NCBI GenBank assembly: GCA_029974275.1 | Contig: JARKSN010000136.1 | Span: 1-21,808, forward strand | Direction: 5' to 3' | Origin: Candidatus Hydrogenedentota bacterium | Lineage (GTDB): Bacteria > Hydrogenedentota > Hydrogenedentia > Hydrogenedentales > SLHB01 | Length of the DNA stretch: 21,808 nt | Shown here: in pieces, positions 6,629 through 14,492 of the stretch | How positions within the stretch are numbered: the stretch's first letter is position 1 | Layout: every line of letters starts with the position of its first letter | Program-made: the position numbers and the translations under genes | Notes under the pieces: model-generated | Databases searched by the model: none | Seen by the model: only the letters and a program-made list of their open reading frames with translations | What the model was told of the DNA's origin: nothing

Positions 6629-7840
6629 ATGCGATTGCGTAGGCGTGAAGGCAAGATGGGAGGAGCGTGGTATATCGACTACGTTGACCGCGCAGGAAAG
6701 AGGCGACGCCACACCCTGAAGGGCATCACGACCAAAAGAAGCGCGGAACTCGCCCTTGCCCAGTTTCGATTGAAGCTTGAGCGTGAACAGATGGACCTTC
6801 CAGTCGATGAGAATCTTGCTCTCTCTGACGCGCTTGATGCGCTGGTCACGAACCGCCGGCTTGCGGGGTGCTCCCAAGGATGGCTCGTCCGGCTCAAGAG
6901 CTGCCGAAACCATCTTGAGGAGTATTTCGGGGCGGAAAGGCGACTGATGGATTTGAGCGACACCAGGATCGCCCAGTACCGTATCGCCCGACTTGATGAG
7001 GACGTGGCAGTAGAGACCGTCAACAAGGAGTTGAAGACGCTTGCGGCTGCAGGTCGCCTCGCGGTTCAACAGAATAAGCTCACCAAGCTCCCTTGGCACA
7101 AGATCGATCTGGCAATTGATCGGACAGGCAAGGAAGTCTGGAACTATCTGACGGAAGACGAAACCAAGAAGCTGCTGCACTTGTTGCGACACGGGGGCGA
7201 GCGCCAGACCATCGAGAAGAAGAACGGCAGGAGCTACAGCTTCGAAGTTCAGCCATCGCCGCGCCTTTGGGCGATCGTGACGTTCCTCCTCAACACGGGA
7301 GCACGGAAGGGTGAAATGTTCGCTCTCCGTTGGTCCGACGTCAACACGGAGAACCGGACGGTGCGTCTGGTGGGATCGAAATCAGCGAAGAACGGCAAGA
7401 GCGCCAAAGCGCGTTACATCCCGATGAACGAGGAGTTGCTCATTCTTTTCAACGAGCTGGAGCGAGGTGCGCCAAGTGACGTCGTCTTTCCGATGGAGAA
7501 GAATTTGCGCAAGAAGTTTTCGCAGTCTTTACGCTGGGCGGGACTGCGGCACTTTCGTATCCACGATCTCCGCCACACATTCGCTTCGCACCTCGCGATG
7601 AAAGGCGTCGCGCTCTACACGATCGCGCAGTTGCTGGGTCACAGCTCTACGGAGATCACGACGCGATACGCTCACCTGTCTCCCGAGAACATGGCATCGG
7701 CTGTTCAGCTACTGGGCTTTGGAGCAAGTCATCAGGACAAAGCAGAAACTTCCAACACACCGCAAGCTGCCACCGCCGAGGATGCAACAACAAGCGACGA
7801 AAACGTCTCAAGCACCCTTGAAAACGCTCTCCATCCCTGA
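6629..7840 (+). CDS. int: Tyrosine recombinase/phage-type integrase (second element)
   Basis: N-terminal WYIDYVDRAGKRRRHTL arm-binding-like region; ETVNKEL; TGARKGE, HDLRHTFAS, LLGHSS, TRYAHL. Ends 31 nt before a tRNA fragment. Confidence 0.94.
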   Translation: MRLRRREGKMGGAWYIDYVDRAGKRRRHTLKGITTKRSAELALAQFRLKLEREQMDLPVDENLALSDALDALVTNRRLAGCSQGWLVRLKSCRNHLEEYFGAERRLMDLSDTRIAQYRIARLDEDVAVETVNKELKTLAAAGRLAVQQNKLTKLPWHKIDLAIDRTGKEVWNYLTEDETKKLLHLLRHGGERQTIEKKNGRSYSFEVQPSPRLWAIVTFLLNTGARKGEMFALRWSDVNTENRTVRLVGSKSAKNGKSAKARYIPMNEELLILFNELERGAPSDVVFPMEKNLRKKFSQSLRWAGLRHFRIHDLRHTFASHLAMKGVALYTIAQLLGHSSTEITTRYAHLSPENMASAVQLLGFGASHQDKAETSNTPQAATAEDATTSDENVSSTLENALHP

Positions 7841-7871
7841 CAGTATTGATGTTAGGTCGTGCCTTTTGTGC

Positions 7872-7916
7872 CCTTCCAAGCCGAAGATACGGGTTCGATT
7901 CCCGTCACGCGCTCCA
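7872..7916 (+). tRNA. Partial tRNA-Gly(TCC): 3' half only, serving as att core (attR-like); not a functional tRNA
   Basis: C-CTTCCAA-GCCGAAGAT-ACGGGTTCGATTCCCGT-CACGCGCTCCA gives the TCC anticodon loop, T-arm and Gly-type ...CGCTCCA end. The 5' half is absent. Confidence 0.85.
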
Positions 7917-7926
7917 CAAGTTCCTT

Positions 7927-7971
7927 AGCCGCAAGCTGCTGATTGGCAGGCAGTTTGCGGCTCCGTTTTTT
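7927..7971 (+). terminator. Terminator-like hairpin after the tRNA-Gly fragment, between convergent units
   Basis: AGCCGCAAGCTGC (7927-7939) / GCAGTTTGCGGCT (7950-7962), one G-U pair, then CCGTTTTTT. Confidence 0.55.
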
Positions 7972-8015
7972 GGCAGGCGATCCACCGGATTGCGCGGCGC
8001 ACTTGATTTTGACTC

Positions 8016-9296
8016 TCATTCATAGTGCGAGAAATTTTGGATGGTGAGTGGACTGTCGGCGGCGGGGATGCGAAAGAAGTAGACGCGCTCCGGGTTGTAG
8101 CCCGTGGCCGTGAAGGAACCGATAATGTAGCCATCGGCGGTGAGCTGGCGGCAGCCGCCGATGGCGTAGGTTCCGGCGCGGGGGGTGTTGGCCCGGGCAT
8201 GGTCATGCCACGTCAGGCCATTGTCCAGGCTGACGAGGCATGCCAGGCGGTCGACGTCGAGCGAAACGTAGTAAAGCGGCGAGGAAGGTCGGGCGGCGTC
8301 GGAAGCGAAGAATCCGTCAAGATTATTAAGATTAATCGTTTCGCCGCGCAATTCCTGGTGATCAACATCGCGGATGCCGGTCACGATATCGTAGCGCACG
8401 TGGTGCTGCCTGAGCCCCTCGGCGCGATAGGCGAAGTGGATCTTACGCTGCTTCACGATGAAGCTGGAAAGCCAGGTGTGGGTTTCGAATTCGTCATCCA
8501 ACGTAATGCGGAGCGTGGGGCCGCTGTTGTCGGCGACGATGCCGCGAAAACCGAGCGAGAGAGGCGTATTGTTCAGGTTCATCCACGAGAGGCCCCGGTC
8601 GGGCGTCAACATGTGATGAATATCCCAATACAAATAGAAGTCATGCTTCTGGGTCGTCCAGGCGAGGTGCAAGATGCCGTCGGGGGCGAGCGACAGAAGC
8701 GGATAAACGAGCCCGGCGTACTGACCGCTGCGATGCAGGCGAACGGAGCGCTGGAGCGTGCCGTCAAGCGACAACACACTGAATCGATCATACTTGGAGA
8801 AAAAATAAAGCAGGCCGGCCTGCTCGTCGAGAACCATGGAGTACTTGTCGGCTCCGACGCCGGAGACGGTGGAGATAAGAGGATTGACATAATTGTCTTC
8901 AGCCAGAAAACGATTTAGATAGGCATTGTTATTGGTAAAGTCGGCCCGCATCAGGTAGATATTGTCCTGCGAGTCGGTTTCCAGGACGGGAGGATTCGTT
9001 GCATGCGTTGCCTCATAGAGCGTATAAAACGACAGGCCGCCGTCGGTGCTGCGCGAAAGGCGCCAGTGCTGCGCGGTGTAGTCGTCGTTGCGGCTGCGAA
9101 CATGGGTCATGAAAATGCCGTTCTGATTCGAGACCACCTTCTGGTTATAACTCTGGAACGTTCCGAAAAGTGTTGCGTTGGCGTCGATCAGGATGATTTC
9201 GATCGGGACGATGTGGGTGTCCGCGGGGGCTTTAAATATCAAATGGGTGAATACCATTATAACCAGGAGCAGGCGGATTAAACAGCACGGTTTCAT
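8016..9296 (-). CDS. Secreted BNR/Asp-box repeat beta-propeller protein (sialidase-like fold, putative glycoside hydrolase)
   Basis: N-terminal signal peptide; Asp-boxes SRSTDGGLSF, TPDRGLSW, SLDNGLTW; GGGGGTG RBS. Confidence 0.75.
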   Translation of the reverse strand: MKPCCLIRLLLVIMVFTHLIFKAPADTHIVPIEIILIDANATLFGTFQSYNQKVVSNQNGIFMTHVRSRNDDYTAQHWRLSRSTDGGLSFYTLYEATHATNPPVLETDSQDNIYLMRADFTNNNAYLNRFLAEDNYVNPLISTVSGVGADKYSMVLDEQAGLLYFFSKYDRFSVLSLDGTLQRSVRLHRSGQYAGLVYPLLSLAPDGILHLAWTTQKHDFYLYWDIHHMLTPDRGLSWMNLNNTPLSLGFRGIVADNSGPTLRITLDDEFETHTWLSSFIVKQRKIHFAYRAEGLRQHHVRYDIVTGIRDVDHQELRGETINLNNLDGFFASDAARPSSPLYYVSLDVDRLACLVSLDNGLTWHDHARANTPRAGTYAIGGCRQLTADGYIIGSFTATGYNPERVYFFRIPAADSPLTIQNFSHYE

Positions 9297-9372
9297 GATA
9301 CATCACCCCCGATACACTAAACAGTAAGAGCAAAGCGTCGACTGCCCGCCCCCGGGTAGCCGGCCCGATTCA

Positions 9373-11715
9373 TTATCGGCTCTCCACGCCGCCGAGACTT
9401 GCCGCGGGGAGATCATTTTCAATAAATGAACGGTCGAACAGATGTAGGGTAGACGGACTCTCGGCGGCCATGATCAAGTCCAGACGGCCGTCGCCATTCC
9501 AGTCGGCGGCGTCGAACGCACTCGCATGATTGTAGGTTTGGATAATCCGCCCGCCGGCCCGGAACGGGCCGTGAGCCCTGAAGAGGGGCGCCGTGGGCGT
9601 GCCGACATTTTCATAATAGCGCACGGCGTAAAGGCTGCCGTTAATCAGGTCCAGCAGGCCGTCGGCGTTCCAGTCAACCAGCAGGCTGTGATTATCTCCA
9701 TTATTATTCGCGTCATAGAAGAAGCCGCGAACGGGTTGTCCGGTCTCGAGGCGCAGGGGATATTTAATACGCACATTAAGAACGGCAGGGTCGGATTGGT
9801 CGGGCGCATCCTCGTAGGCGTAGAACACATTGTCGCGATCGGAGGTGACGACAAACTCCACGCGACCGTCGCCGTCGAGATCGCCGGCGCCCAGCTTGGA
9901 GCGCCAGGAAAACTCATAGGGATCGCCGTCGCAGCGGACTTCCCGACCTTTCGAGAAGCGGGGTTGGGCGCGCGTCCCAATGTTTTCAAAATACTGGACC
10001 TGCCAGCGCTGGCCCGTCACGAACAGGTCGAGGCGACCGTCGCCATTCCAATCGATGACGCGAGATTGCATGGCGGCGGCAGTTGCTTCGCCGGGGCCCT
10101 GCGGTCCCCAGTGAGAGGGCTCCTCGGCCTGGGGATCAAGCCAGTTCACCAGATTGATCGGCTGGCCGTCGGCCAGGATGGTCTCACCGCGGTCGAAGAC
10201 CGGGTTCATCAGCGTCCCGAGATTCCGATGAAACAGAATTGTATTAGAATATGTAGCACAGACGAGATCGAGGAGGCCGTCGGCATCCCAGTCGACGGAG
10301 TCAACGGAAAAAGCGGTCGGCCGGGGATAGAGCTCCCGGGCGCTGTCGTAAGCGCGCTCGTTGTTTTCCCAGGGTGGCGGCGCGGGCAGCGGCATGATGA
10401 ACAACGGGGCCTCGCGCGAGCCGACATTTTCGGCCCACATTGTCCGGGCTCCCTCGAGTGGACGACCGCTCCAGTCAGAAAAGACAAGGTCGAAGTCGCC
10501 GTCGCCATCGCGATCCTCGTAGGCCGGCTCGGCGCCGGTGGCGGTTGTAATCGGTCGATTGCGATCATCCCGGAGCACGACGGGGTTCGCGAAGCGGGGA
10601 TTATTCGATTCATCCAGGCCGATGTTGCGGAAGACTTCGAAAAAGGCGAGAAACGGGCCATAGGGAATCACGCTAAGGCGTGGATTTGTCTGGGCGGTGG
10701 CATGGTAGTGGCCGACGGTGAAAAGCAGGTCCTGCCGGCCGTCACCCTCCCAATCGGCGAAAGTGAAACGGTTCAGATAGAAGGACCGGTTGCCGACGGT
10801 CTCGGGCAGGGTTTCACGAAATTCGGATTCGCCATGGACCTGCATGACTTCGCGCGGCTGGCGGAAAATGTAGACGTTGTTCGCGTCGCGCCGACCGGTA
10901 TTTTCAACAACAAAAAGCGAAGTGGTGCGAAAGCCAATAAAATCCATCAGACTGTCTTCATTCCAGTCCATCGGCGAAAGGCTGAGATACATTTGCCCGG
11001 ATCCGAGCAGAAAATTGCCATCGTCGGCCTTGAGCCGGACAAAGTCGTCGTAGAGCTGATCGCGGGCCGTGCCGCGATTTCTGTAGAATTTAACCGTGTA
11101 CCCAAGACGATCCTCGAGCGGCATGCTGTATTCATAGGCGCGGACCGTGGCGACGATTCGGTCCGGCAGACCGTCGCCATCCCAGTCCACCTCGCCGCCG
11201 GTGGTATATCCAGGCTGCCCATCATTATAATGAAAACTGTCGCCGATCCCGACGAGGCCGAGGGTTGTGGGCGGAGGCATGCGTCCATGATCCAGCGTGT
11301 CGAAGTAAATGTGATAATCGAGAGCCTGCCGGTCGGCCATACGCCACCAGACCCAGCCGGCCTCGTCGTTGCCCCAGTCGCCGGTAAGCTGATGTGGGAT
11401 GGCATATTCGTTGGGAAATTCAGGCCGCGAAAGGGGTCCGCCCGTCCGTGGATCGAACCGAACGACCTGAATGGAATTCAGATCAATTCGGCCCGGGATG
11501 GCGTTCTGTGAGAAAATGTCGGCAAAATCGAGCCGGACGCCGACGGGGGCATTGATGCGCTCCGACACGCCGGGATCAACCATGACGGCGATGCGGTAAT
11601 GATGTTCCGGCAGCGCCCACTGGGGCGGGGCGGCCAGCGAGCCTGGCGCGAGCGCCAGCGCGACGAGCAGCACTATCCACGCGGCGACGTCACGACCGGG
11701 GTTCGGGGTCTTCAT
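9373..11715 (-). CDS. Secreted FG-GAP/VCBS-repeat protein (780 aa), paralog of 14493-17021
   Basis: Signal peptide MKTPNPGRDVAAWIVLLVALALAPGSLA; many DW(D/N)xDGxxDL and F/YENxGTxxxPxF repeats. Start moved to ATG 11715 (GGAAGGA RBS; avoids overlap with the upstream gene). Confidence 0.85.
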   Translation of the reverse strand: MKTPNPGRDVAAWIVLLVALALAPGSLAAPPQWALPEHHYRIAVMVDPGVSERINAPVGVRLDFADIFSQNAIPGRIDLNSIQVVRFDPRTGGPLSRPEFPNEYAIPHQLTGDWGNDEAGWVWWRMADRQALDYHIYFDTLDHGRMPPPTTLGLVGIGDSFHYNDGQPGYTTGGEVDWDGDGLPDRIVATVRAYEYSMPLEDRLGYTVKFYRNRGTARDQLYDDFVRLKADDGNFLLGSGQMYLSLSPMDWNEDSLMDFIGFRTTSLFVVENTGRRDANNVYIFRQPREVMQVHGESEFRETLPETVGNRSFYLNRFTFADWEGDGRQDLLFTVGHYHATAQTNPRLSVIPYGPFLAFFEVFRNIGLDESNNPRFANPVVLRDDRNRPITTATGAEPAYEDRDGDGDFDLVFSDWSGRPLEGARTMWAENVGSREAPLFIMPLPAPPPWENNERAYDSARELYPRPTAFSVDSVDWDADGLLDLVCATYSNTILFHRNLGTLMNPVFDRGETILADGQPINLVNWLDPQAEEPSHWGPQGPGEATAAAMQSRVIDWNGDGRLDLFVTGQRWQVQYFENIGTRAQPRFSKGREVRCDGDPYEFSWRSKLGAGDLDGDGRVEFVVTSDRDNVFYAYEDAPDQSDPAVLNVRIKYPLRLETGQPVRGFFYDANNNGDNHSLLVDWNADGLLDLINGSLYAVRYYENVGTPTAPLFRAHGPFRAGGRIIQTYNHASAFDAADWNGDGRLDLIMAAESPSTLHLFDRSFIENDLPAASLGGVESR

Positions 11716-11743
11716 GTTCAAACCGTCCTTCCCGGCGGCGGAA

Positions 11744-14455
11744 TTAATAGCCAAGCGTTACTTCATCCAGTTCCGGGTAGTTGGAGCCGTCCCGGGAAAC
11801 AAACAGCGCGCGATATTGAAAAGCCTTTCCATGAAGGGGTTCCACCGGACCGGGAGATTGATAATAGGAATCAGGCCCGTCAGGACCCATCCAGTTCGCC
11901 TCGTCGAGTATTTCGGCGGAATCGGCCGCGCGAAGCTGGAACTTGACCTGTGAGCCAGCGGGCGTCGCGGCGCGCCAGTCGATCGAGCGGAGCGTCACGG
12001 GGTCAGCGGCTTCGATAACGCCGCTCACGAATCCGATCTCGTGCCGGCGCGTGTAGCTGTGACCGGGATCAAGGAAGGAGGTCTGGACGGCGCCGGCCGT
12101 GGGGAATTCCAACCGGCGGTCCTCGGAAAACCCCTCAGGTCCACCCCACAGGAGAAACGACTGGGTGACGTGAGTTCCATTGGCGGCTTTATGGCAGGAA
12201 AAGGCAAGATCAAGCCAGCCATCGGCGTTAAAGTCGAGCGGGACGCTGCCCGCGCCGCCGTTCGTGAAGAGGCTGGTGCGCCGGACGGGATCGAATCCGT
12301 CGGGCCCATTCCAATAGAGATAGGAGAAAGAGGTGCGGTCGCGCGCGCCCGTGCTTTCATTGCTGAAGCAGATGTCGAGAAAGCCGTTGCGGTCGAGATC
12401 GGCGACGCTCGCATGGACGGCGCCGACGGTCGGCAGTTCGGTACGGCGCGCGGGATTGAATCCGTCGGGCGCGCCCCAATAAATACGCGACAAAGTGTCA
12501 TTCTGCTTGCCACTATTAAATTCACTGTAGACCAGATCAAGCCAGCCGTCGCGATTCAAATCGGCTGGAGTAACGGAATTGCTCCCGTTGCTGGGCAGGC
12601 GAACAACTCTGGCCGTGGAGAAGCCGTCGGCCGATCCGAAGTAGATCGGGGCCGTTTCCTCGCCGTAATTCCCATAGGCAATGTCGAGCCAGCCATCCTT
12701 GTCGAAATCGCCAAGGCCGAGGCCAACCGTCATGTTCGTGCGCAGCGCGGAGGTATTTTCCTCACTGAACCCCTCCGGGCCACCCCAGTAGATGCGGTTA
12801 TTACCGTCGTTTTTCCATTCGCTGAAGATCAGGTCGAGCCAGCCGTCGCGATTCAGATCGCTCGTCAGGACGCAGAGCGCGCCTTTCGTGCGCAGAACCT
12901 GTTTACGGTCGTCGGAGAAGCCGTTCGCGGAACCCCAGAAAACAAAGCTGCCCTGATCCTTGAGCCATGGGGCAAACTCGAACGAATTGGCGATCGCCAA
13001 ATCGACGTAACCGTCCAGGTTGAGATCAGCGGCGGCCGACCCAATGCCGTCCCAGATCGTGAGCCGGGTCAGCCGGTCGCCCGAGAATCCGCCCTTGCCG
13101 TCATTCCAATGCAAATCCGCATAGGAGAAGGCATGGCCGGCGGTGGCATTGTAAAAAATCACATCAGGCAACTGGTCGTCGTTCACGTCGCTGATCTGCA
13201 CGTCGAGCGGGCCATGGGTGGGTAGTTCGGTGCGCCGCGCGATATCGAAGCCATCGGGCGATCCCCAGTAGACAAACGATGAGTGATTGAGAGAAAGCTC
13301 ACTCATCTTATTGGCGAAGACCAGATCGGGCCAGCCGTCACCGTTCAGGTCGCCGGTGGCGCACTGCGTGGCCCAGTCGGTGGGCAGTTCCAACTTCCTC
13401 GCGGGATCATAACCTGTAGGAGAACCCCAATAGATCAGGCTGTTCACGGTCTCGTAGACACTGTCATCCGTCGGTTGGTCGGCAAATGCGATATCGGAAT
13501 GACCATCCGAGTTAAGATCCGCGACAGCGCAGCCGACGGCATGCCGCGTGGGGAAGTGGGCCCGCGGGCGTTGGTCGAAGCCATCGGGTCCGCCGAAAAT
13601 AATGAGTGAGGGAGAGGGAGAATTCTTCGCGGCCGCCGCCACGACGAGATCGACGTGTGCATCCTGGTCCACGTCGGAGGCGGCGAAGCGCGTGACGCCG
13701 GGCGCGGTGATTTCCTCGACATTGTCTTCATTGAAACCAACCGGTTGATTCAACAGAATTAAAATGCGGTCCTTGCCGGCGGCGACCAGATCCAAGAGCT
13801 GGTCGCGATTGACATCGACAAGCTGAAGATAATCGGCCTCCGTTTGCAGTTCGGTTTTGCGGTCGGGGATGAATCCGTCTTCGCTATTCCAGTAAATCAG
13901 AATCCCGGCGCCGCGTTGGGCAAAGGCCAGATCCTTCCAGCCATCGTTGTTCAGATCGCCGGCCGCGCAGGAATAGGAAAAAAGGGTGGGCAGTCTGGTG
14001 AGATGCGTCAGCAGGAAACCACGTTCGGTGCCGTAATAAATGTAGGCATCGAGCGCGACCCGATTCATCCCGTTGGCGGTGCCGCAGAGGACCAGATCGG
14101 TCCGCCCGTCCTGATTGAGGTCCGCGGCGGTTCCGGAATAGGCGCCGTCGTTGAGCAATTTCCAGAGATGGCGCTGATCAAGGCCGCTCGCGGAATTGGT
14201 ATAAATGTAGGTGAAGGGAGAGTCGTTCAGGTCGTGCGAGTTGAGATACAGGACATCATTCGCACCGTCTCGATTGTAATCGAAGGTATAAATGCCGCTC
14301 ACGGTTCCACGGGCGGTCACGTAGAGATTAACGCCGCCGTCCTCGGCCGTGCCCGCGAGAAAATCCTCAAAAGTGGAGTGGGTCCAGGATTGCGCGACAA
14401 CGGTTCGCAGCATGGAGAGAAAAAGGAGCGAGGTTATCGCCATGGTTCGATTCAT
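11744..14455 (-). CDS. Secreted FG-GAP/VCBS-repeat protein (903 aa) with DLNxDGxxDL / IYWGSxDGF repeats
   Basis: Real start MNRTMAITSLLFLSMLRTVVAQS at 14455 (AGGAAAGG RBS, signal peptide); more than ten repeats; C-terminal non-repeat domain (WRAATPAGSQVKFQLRAA...FQYRALF). Confidence 0.87.
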   Translation of the reverse strand: MNRTMAITSLLFLSMLRTVVAQSWTHSTFEDFLAGTAEDGGVNLYVTARGTVSGIYTFDYNRDGANDVLYLNSHDLNDSPFTYIYTNSASGLDQRHLWKLLNDGAYSGTAADLNQDGRTDLVLCGTANGMNRVALDAYIYYGTERGFLLTHLTRLPTLFSYSCAAGDLNNDGWKDLAFAQRGAGILIYWNSEDGFIPDRKTELQTEADYLQLVDVNRDQLLDLVAAGKDRILILLNQPVGFNEDNVEEITAPGVTRFAASDVDQDAHVDLVVAAAAKNSPSPSLIIFGGPDGFDQRPRAHFPTRHAVGCAVADLNSDGHSDIAFADQPTDDSVYETVNSLIYWGSPTGYDPARKLELPTDWATQCATGDLNGDGWPDLVFANKMSELSLNHSSFVYWGSPDGFDIARRTELPTHGPLDVQISDVNDDQLPDVIFYNATAGHAFSYADLHWNDGKGGFSGDRLTRLTIWDGIGSAAADLNLDGYVDLAIANSFEFAPWLKDQGSFVFWGSANGFSDDRKQVLRTKGALCVLTSDLNRDGWLDLIFSEWKNDGNNRIYWGGPEGFSEENTSALRTNMTVGLGLGDFDKDGWLDIAYGNYGEETAPIYFGSADGFSTARVVRLPSNGSNSVTPADLNRDGWLDLVYSEFNSGKQNDTLSRIYWGAPDGFNPARRTELPTVGAVHASVADLDRNGFLDICFSNESTGARDRTSFSYLYWNGPDGFDPVRRTSLFTNGGAGSVPLDFNADGWLDLAFSCHKAANGTHVTQSFLLWGGPEGFSEDRRLEFPTAGAVQTSFLDPGHSYTRRHEIGFVSGVIEAADPVTLRSIDWRAATPAGSQVKFQLRAADSAEILDEANWMGPDGPDSYYQSPGPVEPLHGKAFQYRALFVSRDGSNYPELDEVTLGY

Positions 14456-14492
14456 TGCATTACCTTTCCTGCAAAATATACCGGCAAGCCAC

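Noticed and set aside
8055..8085. FRIP sialidase motif in the BNR protein (YFFRIP)
   Set aside because: It lies at the C-terminal end, whereas the GH33 FRIP motif opens the propeller; probably coincidental, so no sialidase call was made.
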